The notes: generated from the letters alone by a model not told the origin. 64,000 nucleotides of DNA from Cenococcum geophilum (GCA_050273025.1 CP158635.1:5270001-5334000), one strand, 5' to 3'; shown: positions 1 through 15,000, numbered from the stretch's first letter. Numbers and translations: made by a program.

Positions 1-402
1 ACATTTAGTAAAGGGGTAAGGGCCTATTAGACGATATAAAGTTGCCATATAAGCCTTATAAGGCTAGTATTAATTAGCTCTTTACTTTATATAAGTAATA
101 TAAGGGCCTCCCTATCTATACCTACTTCTCTAATATACCCCCCACCTAAGCCTCTATATTAATTACTAGTAAAGCTTTGACCTTCTCCTATTTATCCTAA
201 GAGTAGTTAGTTATATAGGTATATTATATAAAAAGTAGAGTTTACTTATAGTATAGTAATATTACCTAAGAATATCTTATATAGTAAAATGGAAAGTATA
301 TTAGATAATTATATTTTCTAATTCTAAATAAGGACAATATTAGTGGGATTTAAACTTATAATCTATTAAGTTTAAAGTTAGTATATATTTACCTACGCCA
401 CC

Positions 403-785
403 TACGTTAGGAGAAAATTTACCAGCATCTAGCCAATATTTCGCTGCATTTTGCTACATTAAAAAAGACTATAGGCAGCTATATTTATATATTATATATT
501 AATTTTTTTTAAATTACCTATAAATTATATAAGTTATTCTACTTCTAAAAAAAGTTAAAAAAAAAAAGGTTTGAAAATTTTTACTTTTTTTAAAAATAAT
601 TTCGAAGTAGAATAACTTATATAATTTATAAGTAATTTAAAAATAATTATATAATATACTATATCTAATACACTATTTAAAAATAATTATATATATAATA
701 TAAATATAGCTGCCTATAGTCTTTTTTAATGCAGCAAAATGCAGCGAAATGCTAGCTAAATGCTAGTAAATTTTTTCCTGACGTA
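403..785. mobile_element. Foldback MITE (nearly whole-length inverted repeat)
   Basis: Left arm tacgttaggagaaaatttaccagcatctagcc...gctgcattttgctacattaaaaaagactataggcagctatattt matches the reverse complement of the right arm ending ...tttttcctgacgta. Flanks tacgccacc (394-402) and tacgccttt (786-794) may be a decayed 9-bp TSD; a TA TSD is the alternative. Confidence 0.8.
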
Positions 786-2074
786 TACGCCTTTAGTAGT
801 TACCTTTTACCTAAAATTATTTTATTTATATACTCCCCTCCCCTACTTTAGTATTATATAATATATCCCTTATATAACTATAAGAGAGTACTTATAATCT
901 TATAAGCTGCCTAGTCCTTTACGCACTCTAATACCTTAAGTATTTGTAAAGTAGTTCTTATACAATCCCATAGAACGCAACGTTAAACCCCTAAAAATAC
1001 TCTCTTTAGCTTATTACTTATTCTAGGTATTAAAAAAACTTTAATTATAAGCTATAAGAATTATAGAAATCTTATATACTAAAGAGGCTAATTTTACTGT
1101 TAAATAGCTGTTATATAGCTATTAAGCAAAATTAGATTCTTATTAATATAGTTATTAAACTTATCTAGACTCTATAGATAAGTATACTTTAAATAATACT
1201 AAAGATAAGCCTTATAGAAGGCAGAGAGGTTTTCTTTAAACTCTAAAGGCGACTTTTAAGTTTTCTTAGTTGCGTACAATATAGTTAAACCTAAAATTAT
1301 TGCTTTCTTGCAAAATCTCTTCTATTACTTTTATACGCTAAAGAGCTTCTTTTCTCCTTTAACTATGATATAATTATTCTAATCTTTTAAGAAAGTCGGA
1401 TAATACTCTAGATTAAAAACTCGTACTGCTAGATAGTAGGGGGAATTATCTAGTTTCTTAACGCACTTTATAAGCTTTTTCTTAGCATATTAGATTAAGG
1501 AGCTATAAACTTATCTATATAATTACAGCACCTGGTATACTAAACGCGTGTCTACGCGTTTGGTGTACTAACTACCTGTTTATAAAGTACTAACTAATTA
1601 AGGGGATGTTACAGACGCTTTAAGTACAATGTTACGACTACTTAGAGAAGAGTTAGAAGAAGCTAGTTAGCTAATATAAGCACGGTCCAGAATGGAACCG
1701 GTAGAGCTATATAATAAGGAATAGTAACTAAGGTTATATGACGTTATACGCAGTGTACGCAGTGTATAAGAGGAATGTACGTATAATATATACAATACGT
1801 ATATTACGTATAAGAAGGATTTTATAGGAGTACAGTTATATATTTAAGGGCCCTTAGTCCCTACCTAGATAGTTCCTTCCTTATAGTAATTCTTAGAATA
1901 TAATTAAAGTTAATCTATTAGGCAACCACTCCACCAGTTATTATTACGTTGTTAACTCTAATTTACATTACCTATATACCTAGCCTAATAACGAGCCCAC
2001 CGTAGTACTTGCTATAAGGTTTCGTTACACAATTACTACCTAGTTACGGTATTAAATATAGAAAGTCAAACAAT

Positions 2075-5000
2075 ATGCCACTAAAAGCAGCTACTATAAC
2101 GCCATCAACGGCGGCAACTACTTCACGGTTAGGAGGCGACACCAGTATAATAGATACTAACTTACAGCAACCTATAACGGTTAGATAACTACAAGAGATA
2201 GTTAACTAATTAATAACCAATAATGCGGCGCTAGAAGAAAGGGTTAATAGGATAGAAGTAGCGAAGATTAAGTTACTATTAATTAAGAGATACTTAGAAG
2301 AGAGATTAAAGCTTAAGGGATTCCTTATGTAAATGCACTTTAAAGTTACATAAGAAGGGGTAAAGCTACCAATACCTATAGATCGAATAGCCTATACGGG
2401 ACTATTCCTATTAGGAAGAGCACTTAAATAGTTTAAGCCTTACCTTACGGAAGTATAGGTAAATGGGATGACGACCACTAATTAAAAGGTATAGTTTATA
2501 TTCTTAAGCTAGAAAGGATTTATAGAACGACTTATATAAATATTTGGAGACCTAGAGGCAGTAACTACAGTAGAAAAAAAACTCCAAGATATTACATAGC
2601 GAACCTTAGCAATTAAGTACACTATATAGTTCTAGACGTTAGCTACGTAAGTTAAGTAGAATAATAGGGCGCTTATAGCACAGTATAAATAAGGACTTAA
2701 GGCTAAAGTTTAGGACGCAATTATCTTAATAGAAGACGCGGACACCCTACGGGAATTAATAGATTAAGTAATTAAGATTAATAATTAGATCTACTAAAGG
2801 GAACAGGCTAAGAGAGGCCAAAATAGAGTTCTATAGTTATATAAGGCGCAGAGTACGCAATGACTAAAGCTAAGTTAGAGACTATAGTATAGTGTAGAAC
2901 TAATAGACCTAAGCGGTACTAAAGAAGCCTATAAGAGATAAAGTAGAAAACTATAAAAACCTAGAGGTTAAGGATCTTAGTAGCAGAAGACGTTTAGGCG
3001 GACTCTATAACAAAGTTAATGGTTTAAAGATAGAGCTTATATAAATTGCGGGAAATAAGATTATTTCGTAAGGGATTATAAAGATAGTTAGAGTTACTAT
3101 ATAATAAAGGGAACCAGACCAGCAGTAGATGACACACATATATAGAGAAATAATAGTATACTATAAGGAACAAAAGAATATTTAATTAGAAGTTTTACGT
3201 TTTGTTATAATAACGCATGCCAAATTTATAAAGACGCTAAGTACGGCGCAAGCTATTAGCTATAGGAGCTAAAATCCTTAGAGTATAGGGGAACTAACAA
3301 ACTAGTTCGTAGATCGGATATTAAGGACAATAAATTTAACGTAGGCAAAACATTTTATAATAATAAGGCAATAAAGGCAGCTTACTAGGAGTATATAGAC
3401 CTTAGAGATATTATATAAGAGGTAAAGAATAATTCCACTATAGAATAGGGAATATTAGTAGGGATTAAAACCCTACTAGATATAATGTCTATCGCTTTAT
3501 AAAACGTAAGAGAAGTAGGGCGATAAACTACTTCGGCACTTAATAAAGGCAAAAGGCTAAAGGCTTAAGATTCTTAAGATAAGATAAGGTATACCTAAGG
3601 ACCCACAATAGACAAAAACCAATGGAGCAGGGTAGTAGCTTAGTTTAAAAATATATAAATAAGCTTGGGACAGAGTTTCCCACAGGCATAAAACTCTTAA
3701 AATGAGATAAGTAAGATTTAAGACTCTTAAGATAAGATAAGAATACCTAAGCCTAGTTAGACTAAGGTAGGAGCAAAGCTTAAGACAGAAGCCAGCTTAG
3801 GATTAAGAATCCTATGGGACTAAAACTTTAAAACGCGAATAAGGACCATTAATAAGATCAAGAAGTAAGACGACTTTAAGGATCCACTTATAAGACGCAA
3901 AAGAAAAGAAACTATAGAGGAATTTAGAGTAAGAATAACCTTATAGCAAGAACAGAAACTAAATAAGAGATTTAGTGCACTAGGCCGTATAAAGGACAGA
4001 GCACCTATATAAAGAATTATTAATAGGCCTAGAGCAGGCATACTAAAAGCTAAGTAGCTTACTAAACTAGAACAAGAAGAGGATCTAGGGATTTTAACTA
4101 GGTTTAAAGAACGATATATAAAGGGCTGTTATAATATAGTAATAAAGAGATACTTCCTTATAAATAAACCGTATATACTCTAGTAGCTATACTAAAGGTA
4201 GTATAGATAAAGGCACAATAATAAGTGGGAAGATTTCTATATATAGTTAGATAAAAAAGTTATCTAAGACCACCTAATTATAGAAAAGGCTATAAGTTAT
4301 ATTAAAGGAGCCTTAATTATAACGTTAAAAGATCTAGAGGAGTAATTAGAAGACTAGAGAAGCGAGAGGTAAATCTTAGTACCTATAAATAAAGTTATAA
4401 CGCTTAGATTAATAAGGGAAAGGTTTAAACTTAAGAAGGAAGATAAGCTAAGAGTTAACCTAAGATACTAAGCATATTATATATTAGCATGGATTACGTA
4501 TATAGATAATGCGTATAATATGTATAGAGTACCTAAGGATAAAAACCGGAAGTACCTAGTAAGGATATATTAGGCACTAGATAAGGCAAAATATTAAAAC
4601 ACTAAGTATATATATAGTTAGTACCTAGTAGAAGTACAAAGCTAAGGGGATTTAATACTTTAACTAGGAAGATTCCTTATAGAAGAATACCTAGACGGAT
4701 AATAGTAGTAGGAATACCTAGAGAATATATATCTATAGTATATTAAAGATAAAAAGTAAACTAAGTATAAATAGGATTAAGTAGCTAATAGTTAGGAAAA
4801 GTAGAGGCCTATAGGACTAGAGGAAACTAGTAGTAGAGCCTTAGACCCTTAAAGGAATTTAAGGATAATACCTAAATTTATAAGTTAATTGGCAAGATTA
4901 GCAGTTTAAAGCATTAATAGATAGTGGAGTAATAAGGAACTATATCTTACTAGCAGCAGTTAGAAGAATAGGGTTACTATATAGGAAGAAAGAGCACCCT

Positions 5001-8000
5001 TACTTATTAGTGACGATTTTAGGAGATCTAATAGCCTACGGAGGAGGCATTATTAATCTTGAAATAGGACCTATTTAGTTAACTATTAAAGGGAGATAAA
5101 TTAAGATATCTTTTGATATATTACCGTTGGGGAATAATAAGGCAGTATTAGAAATACCTTAGTTATAAAAATATAATCTAAAGATTAATTAGATTACAGG
5201 ACAGGTTAATATTAGAGATACTTAACGCTATAAAATATAATAGTAAATTAAGTTAGTATGGTACTAAGTTAGAGCAATATATAAAGAGATTAAGTAAGGC
5301 TTAAGTTATATACTAAAGAGATACTATAAGTATAGTAAGAAACTATAGTTACTAGAAAGTAAGAAGCTGTTAAAATATATAGTATAGGACTATAAAATAG
5401 AATTAGAACTAGAAATAAATCTAAGGTTCTTTCTAATTTATAAGCTTACTAAAGAAGAAGGTAGAGCACTAAAGGAGTTTATCTAGAAAAACTTACGAAA
5501 GGGATATATTAGACTATTGTAGTTATTAGCGGGTTATCTAGTACTGTTTATACTAAAAAAGAATAGTAAACTAAGACTATATATTAACTATAGATAGTTA
5601 AATAGCATTACTAGGAAGGATAGGTATCCTTTACTTTTAATTAGCGAAATTTAAAATAGAATAGGTAATGTATAAATCTTTATAAAGATAGATCTAAGAT
5701 AGGCATACTACTAGATCCGGATTAAGGAAGGCGATAAATAAAAAGTAGTTTTTAGGTTAAAGAAAGGACTATATAAACTATTAGTTATATAATTTAGGCT
5801 TATAAACGCACTAGTAACGTTTTAAAAGCGTATTAATAATATATTAGGAGAATACTTAAATGAATTTATTATAGTATACCTTAACGATATTATTATTTAC
5901 TTAATAACTAAGGAAGAATATAGAGAATATGTTAAATAGGTCTTAAAAAGACTACAAGAAAAATAAATGCTAGTAGCAATTAAGAAATGTAAGTTCTTTA
6001 CTAGGAAGACTAATTTCGTTAGATTTATTATTAAACTAGGCCAACTTAGTATAAATCTAAAGAAGATTAAGGCTATAATAAATTAGTAAAAACTAGAGAA
6101 TGTTATATAGTTAAGGTTGTTCCTAGGGTTTTGTAATTACTGTAGAAGGTTTATAGCGCAGTGGTTAAAGGATATTAAACCATTTACGCGTTTAATAAAG
6201 AAAGAAGAACTATAGGCATAGGGAGAGAAACAGTGGAAATTATTTAAAGAAGTTAAAAGGTTATTTACCTAGGAGCTAGTTCTTAAAATCTATTAACTAG
6301 GACTAGAGACGGTTATAGAAATAGATATATTAAACTTTATACTAGGGGCGTACTTTATATAAAAATATTAAGATGGATAGCACCTAGTGGTATACTATAG
6401 TTAAAAGATAATACTACTAGAGTTAAACTATAACATCTATAATAAGAAGTTATTAGGTATAGTTATAGCGCTAAAGAAATAGAGAGCATTCTTATAAGGT
6501 ATAAAGAAACCATTTATAGTTAAAACGGATTATAAAAACCTAATAGGATTCCTAATAATAAAGGAACTTAACTAAAGATAGGTTAGATGGGTAGAGATAC
6601 TTATAAAATACTATTTTAAGATTTAGTATACTAAAGGCACAGATAATATGCGAGCAGACGCTCTAAGCAGAAAAGCTAAATTATAGAATAATGAAAAGCT
6701 ATTAGGGGCTTTATTGCGAAAAGATATAGATAGGTTAATTAGATACAATTATCTAAAAATTATAGCGACTTAAGAAAATAATAAACTAGATAGAGTTTAT
6801 AAGTCACTAAAAAGCTTTTAGGTATAAAGGATCTTTAAGGTATAATTAGAAGAATAGTTAAAACATCTAGGGGAAGAAATATTATATAAACATAGAGAGG
6901 TAAAGTATATCCTAAAAAGTATAGTAGAACACTTTATAGAAGATTTCTATAGGGGAATAACTTAAGGACATAATAGAGCTATGGGCTTAGTGTTAAGACT
7001 CTAGGAGGAGTATATTATTAACGGAATCTAGGGCTTAGTACGAAAAGTTATAAAGGAATATCTAGATTACTAGAGAAATAAATTAACGAGGTATAAGCTA
7101 TATAGAGGGCTATAACCTATTAAAATACTAGAGAGACTATAAAAGGTTATATTATTGGACTTTATTATTAAGTTACTAAAGTTAAAAGATCCTATTACCG
7201 GGTAAGATTATAACGCAATTTTAGTAATAGTGGATAAGCTTATAAAGTAGGGATACTTTATAGCATATATAGAAAAAATATTAGCAGAAGATATCGCTAA
7301 AATCTATATTAAGGAAGTATTTATAAAATATAGAGTACTAAGCAAGGTTATATTAGATAGAGATTTAAAATTCATAGTAGTATTTTAGGAGGTATTTTTA
7401 GCGGAATAAGGAGTTAGAGCAGTAACTTTTACTATATATTATCCGCAGATAGATAGTTAAATAGAAAGATTAAATTAGATACTAAAATAGTATCTAAGGT
7501 ATTATATTAATTACGCGTAGAATAATTAGGTATTATTATTACTAATTATATAGTTTATATATAATGCAACACTATAAGAGGGAATAGGTATATTACTATT
7601 TAAGGCGAATTATAGATATAAGCTAAGAATATCGTTGTTACTACGGCAAGTAAAGAAAATAAGTAGTATAGCTAAAGAAAAAATAAAGATATTAATAAAT
7701 CTTTATATAGACCTTATGGAATTAGTAAAGAAAGTATAAGAAAGAATAAAAAGGTACTATAATACTAAGAGATCTAAGGGACTAGATCTTAAGGAGGGAG
7801 ATAAAGTATAGCTACTATATAAAAATTTTAAGAGTAGACGACTAAGTAAGAAGTTAGACTATGTTAAACTAGGACCTTTTGAAATTAAATAAAGGATTTT
7901 ACTGGTTATATTTAAGTTAAACCTACTAGCTAAAATAAAGATTTACCCTATATAGTATATCGCAATGCTAGAGCTAGTATACGGGAATATTAAGCTACTA

Positions 8001-8225
8001 GCTTATAAAGTAGACATGTATAGAGGATAGGAAGAAGATAAATAATAAGTTTTAAAGATTATTAGTTATAAGGACATTAATAATAAAATATAGTATAAGG
8101 TTAAGTAGATAGGCTATAACGAGACTACCTAGAAGCTACTAGAGAATTTAAAGAATTTTATAAAAAAGGTATAAGAGTATCGGAAGAGATTAGGTTAGGT
8201 AGCATTAATAAGAAAAGATTACTAA
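2075..8225 (+). pseudogene. Gypsy A gag and pol (PR-RT-RH-IN-chromodomain), RIP-inactivated
   Basis: ATG at 2075 (MPLKAATIT, ATG shared by copies B and I). CCHC knuckle ~3040-3080, ALIDSG protease at 4911, YLND(D)III RT motif ~5876, integrase IISDRD-like ~7350, chromodomain remnant (..YKVK*IGYNETT*KLLENL) ~8035-8160. Confidence 0.9.
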
Positions 8226-8809
8226 AGAATAAGTCACCTAAGGGGGACCTAAGAGGAGTAGCCGCTAAGCTACTTGGGTCTATTTCTTTCTTAATTCAAA
8301 GAGGATCCGCTTTTTTATTACCAAGTTTCTATAAACCCTATTTTATAAGTTTCTACTCCTTAAAATAGACCTTTTTATAAACTTTTTTAAGATAGAGTAA
8401 CTAAGCAGACGCTGTAATTTGGGCTTTTAAAGCCTTTTACTCTACATTATAAGAATGTTCTAACTTAGTAAGGGCTTAAGATAGTTTACTATCTAGCTAT
8501 ATAGTAGTAGATTAAATATAAGACCCTAAAATAGATCAGTTAAGGAACTAAACAACTATTAAGAGTAATAGGTTGCGTATATTTAGCATTAAAGACGAAG
8601 TAAACGTTATAGGATAAATAAATATTCGCTTTAGTGCACTTTAAATAAAAGGACGGTTATTATAAAGATAGACTTGCTAATATAATATAGACTAACCCCT
8701 TTTTTGAGTAATAAGAATACGGAGATAGTATAATTTTACTAAGAGATAGTATAGCAGTAATAGTATAAGTACGACGTTACGCCTATAAAGAAGAAGGAGT
8801 CTTAGGTAT
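8130..8809 (-). pseudogene. Antisense Zn(II)2Cys6-like/coiled-coil ORF of Gypsy A
   Basis: Homologous to the better-preserved copies at 9608 and 36243. Most Cys codons are converted to TAT/TAC, as expected from RIP. End approximate. Confidence 0.6.
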
Positions 8810-9073
8810 AATAAGTAATAATATTAACCAAATTAATTAGATGGATATTATACCTCTAGTAAATAACTTAGAGATATTTAGAATCTTTAAGGATAAAGAT
8901 AAAGAGGAGGGAGATAGTATTACGGACGCTTTAAGTATAATATTATAACTACTTAGAGAAGAGTTAGAAGAAGCTAGTTAGTTAATATAAGTACGGTCTA
9001 AGATAGAACCGGTAGAGCTATATAACGAGAAATAGTAACTAAGGTTATATAACGTTATATATAGTGTACGTAG

Positions 9074-12000
9074 TATAATGGAACCTTGTAGTAGGAACTA
9101 CGATGGGTTCTATTAATGGGCTAGGTGTGTAGGAAATGTAAAGATAGTAGTTAACAATATAATAATAACTAGTAGAGTAGTTGCCTAATAGATTAACTCC
9201 AATTATATTCTAAGAATTACTATAAGGAAGGAACTATCTAGGTAGGGATTAAGGGTCCTTAAATATATAACTATACTTCTATAAAATCCTTCTTATACGT
9301 AATATACGTCTTATATATAAGGTATATAAGTTCCTCTTGTCCCTTTTATTTAATATATAGCATATTATATAACCTTGGTTACTATTCCTTATTATATAGT
9401 TCTACCGGTTTTATTCTAGACCGTGCCTAAATTAACTAACTAGCTTCTTCTAACTCCTTTCCTAGTAGTTATAATATTATACTTAAAGCGTCCGTAACAC
9501 CATCTCCCTCCTCTTTATCTTTATCCTTAAAGATTTAAAATATCTCTAAGTTGTTTACTAGAGGTGTAATATCCGTCTAATTAATTTGGTTAATATTATT
9601 GCTTATTATACCTAAAGCAATTTCTTCTTTATACGCCCAACGTCGTGCCCGTACTATTACTGCGATATTATCTCTTAGTAAGATTATACCGTCTCCGTGT
9701 TCTTATTATGCGAAAGAGGGGTTAGTTTATATTATGCTAGCGAGTCCTTCTTTATAATAACTGTTTTTTTGCTTAAAGTGCATTAAAGTAAATATTTGTT
9801 TATCCTATAACGTTTGCTCTACCTCTAATGCTAAATATGCGTGATTTATTACTCTTAATAGTTATCTAATTCCTTAATTAATTTATCTTAGGGTCTTGTG
9901 TTTAATCTACTGCTGCGCGGCTAGATAGTAAACTGTCTTAAGCCCTTACTAAGTTAAAATGTTCTTATAATACGGAATAGAAGGCCCTAAATACTTGCAT
10001 CGCGGCGTTTACTTAATTACTTCGCCTTAAGAAGGTTTGTAAGAAGGTCCGTTTTAAGGAGTAGAAGCTTATAGAATAAGGTCTTTAGGAACTAGGTAAT
10101 AAGAGAACTAACTCTCCTCCTATAGTAAAGGGAATAACTTTAAGTAGTTTGGCAGTTGCTCTTCCTAGGTCCCCCTTAGGTAACTTATTCTTTAATACTC
10201 CTTCCTTATTAATATTGCCTAACCTATTTTCTTTTGATACTTTTATACCTTTCCTATAGCGTTTTTTAAATTTTCTAGTAGTTTCTAGGTAGTCTTATTA
10301 TAGCCTATCCACTTTACTTTATACCATATTTTATTATTAACGTCCTTATAACTAATAATCTTTAAAACTTACTATTTGTTCTCTTTTTATCCTCTATATA
10401 TATCTGCTTTATAAACTAGTAGCTTAATATTCCTATATGCTAGCTCTAGCATTGCGATATACTGTCTAGGGTAGATCTTTATCTTAGCTGGTAGGTTTAA
10501 CTTAAATATAACTAGTGAAATTCCCTACGCGATTTTAAAAGGTCCTAGTTTAACGTAGTTTAACTTCTTACTTAGTCGTCGACTCTTAAAATTTTTATAT
10601 AGTAGCCATACTTTATCTCCCTCCTTAAGATCTGGTCCCTTAAATCTCCTAGCATTATAGTATTTTTTTATTCTTTGCTGTACTACCTTAGCTGTTTCCA
10701 TGAGGTCTATATGAAGATTTATTAATATCTCTATTCTTTACTTAGCTATGCTACTTATTTTCTTTACTTAATATAGCGATAATAATGTTCTTAGTTTATA
10801 CCCGTAATTCGCCTTAAATGGTAACGTACCTATTTCTTCTTATAGTGTTATATTATATGTAAACTATATAATTAGTAATAGCGATACCTAATTATTCTAT
10901 GCGTGATTGACGTAATACCTTAGATACTATTTTAGTGTCTAGTTTAATCTTTCTGTTTAACTATTTGTTTGCGGATAATATACGGTAGAAGTTACTACTT
11001 AAACTCCTTATTCCGCTAAGAATACCTCCTAAAATGCTGCTATAAATCTTAGATCTCTATCCGATATAATTTTACTTAGTGCTCTATGTCTTGTAAATAC
11101 TTCTTTAACATAGATTCTAGCGATATCTTCTGCTGAGATTTCTTCTGTATAGGCTATAAAGTATTCCTACTTTGTAAGCTTGTCTATTATTACTAAGATT
11201 GCGTTATAATCTTGTCTGGTGATAGGATCTCTTAACTTTAGTAACTTAATAATAAAGTCCCATAATATGACCTCCTATGGTCTCTTTGGTATTTTAATAG
11301 GTTATAGCCCTCTATACGGCTTATACCTTATTAGTTTATTCCTTTAGTAATTTAAACACTTCTTAGTGACCTTCCTAGCTATCCTTTAGATTCCGTTAAT
11401 AATATACTCCTCCTAAAGTCTTAACACTAAGCCCGTAGCTCTGTTGTGTCCTTAAGTTAGTCCCTTATAGAAGTCTTCTACGAACTCCTCTACTATGCTT
11501 CTTAGGATATACTTTACTTCTTAGTTTTTATATATATCTGTCTATAGATCTTCTAGCTGTGCTTCTAGAATCCTTTATACCTAAAAGCTTTCTGGTATCT
11601 TGTAGACCTTTTCTAACTTATACTCTTAAGTTACTGCAATCTTTAGATAATTGTACCTAATTAATCTATTTATATCTTTTTGCAATAAAGCCCCTAATGG
11701 CTTATTATTATTTTATAGTTTAGTTTTTCTGCTTAAAGCATCTACTCGTGTATTCTCTATACCCTTAGTATACTAAATCTTAAAATGGTATTCTATAAGC
11801 ATCTCTGCCCATCTAACCTATCTGTAATTAAGTTCTTTCGTTATTAGGAACCCTGTTAGGTTCTTATAATCCGTTTTAACTATAAATGGTTTCTTTATAC
11901 CTTATAAAAATACTCTTTATTTCTTTAGTGCTGTAACTATACCTAATAACTCCTTATTATAGATGTTATAGTTTAACTCTAGTGGTGTTATCTTCCAACT

Positions 12001-15000
12001 ATAGTATGCCACTAGATGCTATTTATTTAGATACTTTTATATAAAATATACTCCTAGTATAAAGTCTAATATATCTGTTTCGACTACTATCTCTAACTAT
12101 AGTTAATAGATTTTAAGAACTAGCTCCTGGGTAAACAACTATTTAACTTTCTTAAATAGTTCCTTTTGTTCTTCTCCTTATACCCATAGTTCTTCTTTCT
12201 TCGTTAATTATATAAATGGCTTAATATCCTTTAACTATTAAGCTATAAACCTTCTATAGTAGTTACAGAACCCTAGAAATAACCTTAACTGTGTTATATT
12301 TTCTAGTTCTTACCACTTTATTATAGCCTTAATCTTCTTTAGATCTATACTAAGTTGGCCTAATTTAATAATAAATCTAATAAAATCGGTCTTCCTTATA
12401 AAGAACTCGTATTTCTTAATTGCTACTAGTATCTATTCTTCCTATAGTCTCCTTAAGACCTATTTAACGTATTCCCTATATTCTTCTTTAGTTATTAAGT
12501 AGATAATAATATTATTAAGGTATACTATAATAAATTTATCTAAGTGTTCTCTTAACACATTATTAATTTGCTTCTAAAATGTTACTAGTGCGTTTATAAG
12601 CCTAAATTGTATAACTAATAGTTTATATAGTCCTTTCTTTAACCTAAAGGCTACCTTCTATTTATCGCCTTCCTTAATTCTAATCTAATGGTACGCCTAT
12701 CTTAGATCTATCTTTGTAAAGATTTGCGTATTACTAATCCTATCTTAGATTTTGCTAATTAAGGGTAAAGGATACCTATCCTTCCTAGTAATGCTATTTA
12801 ACTGTCTATAGTTAATATATAACCTTAGTTTTCTATTCTTCTTTAGTACGAATAGTACTAGATATTCCGCTAATAACTGCGATGGTCTAATATATCCTTT
12901 TTATAAGTTTTCTTAAATAAACTCTTTTAATGCTTTACCTTCTTCTTTAGTAAGCTTATAGATTAGAAAAAACCTTAGACTTATTTCTAGTTTTAATTCT
13001 ATTTTATAGTCCCATGCTGTATACTTTAACAGCTTTTTACTTTTAGGTAACTATAGTTTCTTGCCATACTTATAGTATCTCTTTAGTACATAGCTTAGCC
13101 CTTTTTCCGTTTCTTTATAGGTCGCTCCTACTTAGTACTATACTAGCTTAGTTTATTATTATATTTTGCGGCGTTATATATCTCTAATATTGACCTAACC
13201 TATAACCTAATTAATCTTTAGATTATATTCCTATAACTAAGGCATTCCTAATACTGCCTTATTATTCCCTAATAGTAATATATTAAAAGACATTTCGACT
13301 TATTTTCCTTTAATAGTTAGCTAAATAGGTCCTATTTTAAGATTAATAATACCTCCTCCGTAGGCTATTGGATCTCCTGAAATTATTACTAATAGGTAAG
13401 AACGTTCCTTCTATCTGTGTAGTAACCCTATTCTTTTAACTGCTGCTAGCGAGATATGGTTTCTTATTACTCTACTATCTATTAGTGCCTTAAACTGTTA
13501 ATCTTGCTATTTAACTTATAAATTTAGGTATTATCCTTAAATTTCTTTAAGGGTCTAAGGCTTTATTACTAGCTCCCTCTAGTCCCATAGGCCTTTACTT
13601 TTCCTAACTGTTAGCTATTAGATCCTGTTTATACTTAGTCCAACTTAGGCTAATACTTAGTTCGTTTTTTATCTTTAATATACTATAGATAGGTATTCTC
13701 TAGACATTTTTACTATTGTTATCTATCTAGGCATTCTTCCGTAAGGAATCTTCCTGGTTAAAGTGTTAAGTCCCTTTATTCTTAAACTTCTATTAGGTGC
13801 TAACTATGTATATACTTAGCGTTTTAATACTTTACCTTGTCCGTTATCTAATATATCCTTATTAGATACTTTTAATTTTTATCTTTTAGTGCTCTATGCA
13901 TATTGTATGTATTATCCATATATACTATCTATAATAGTATATAATATGCCTGATATTTTAGGTTAACTCTTGGCTTATTCTTGTCCTTAAGTTTAAACCT
14001 TTCTTATGTTGATCTAAGCGTTATAACTTTATTCGCGGGTACTAAGATACACCTCTCGCTTCTTTAGTCCTCTAATTACTCCTTTAGATCCTTTAATATT
14101 ATAATTAAGGCTCCCTTAATATAAGTTATAGCCTTTTCTGTAATTGGGTAGTCTTAGATAACTTTTTCGTCTAACCATATATAGAAATCTTCCTATTTGT
14201 TATTATGTTGTTACCTATACTACTTTTAGTATAGCTGCTTAAGTATATATGGCTTATTTATAAGGAAATATCTTCTTATTACTGCGTTATAACAGCCTTT
14301 AGTGTGTTGTTCCTTAAACTTAGTAGGAATCCCTAGATCCTCTTCTTATTCTAGTTTAGTAAGCCACTTAGCTCTTAGTATACCTACTTTAGGCCTATTA
14401 GTAATCCTTTGTACTAGCGCTTTATCCCTTATATGTCCTAATATACTAAATCTTTTATCTAGTTTCTGTTCTTGCTATAAGGTAATTCTTGTCCTAAATT
14501 CCTCTATGGTTTCTTTTACGTCGCGTCTTATAAGTAGATCCTTAAAGTCTTCGTGCTTCTTAATCTTGGTATTAACTTTTTAATCTTTAGGCTAAATACT
14601 ATGTTCCCCTAGTAAGTCTTCTAGGTCTATATATCTGTCTCCTAGTCTAATCGCTATTTGCGCTATAGATTCTTTAATCTATAAAGAAGCTCTTTGCCTT
14701 TTGCTTATAGGTATTCTAATTCACACTCTAAATTCTTAACCCCTTAGATTCTTTAATCCTAAGCTTACCTTTGTCTTAAGCTTAGCTCCAGCCTTAGTCT
14801 AACTAGGCTTTATTAGTGTCCTCGTCTTATCTTAAGAGTCCTAGATCTTACTTATCTTTTCTTAAAAATCTTATACTGTTAGGAATTCTTATCCCGAGCT
14901 TATTCGTATGTCTTTAAACTAAGCTGCTACTTTACTCCATCGGTTTCTATCCATTATAGGTCTTTAAGCTTACCTCATCTCGTCTTAAGAATCTTAGTCG

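Noticed and set aside
1..393. AT-rich RIP-like sequence at the window start
   Set aside because: Probably a repeat remnant, but I could not assign a motif or terminus.
3820..4041. Antisense ORFs 3820-4041 and 14302-14583 shared by Gypsy copies
   Set aside because: Leu/Ser/Ile-rich antisense shadow of a purine-rich gag segment, with no motif, unlike the 3' Cys-rich antisense ORF.
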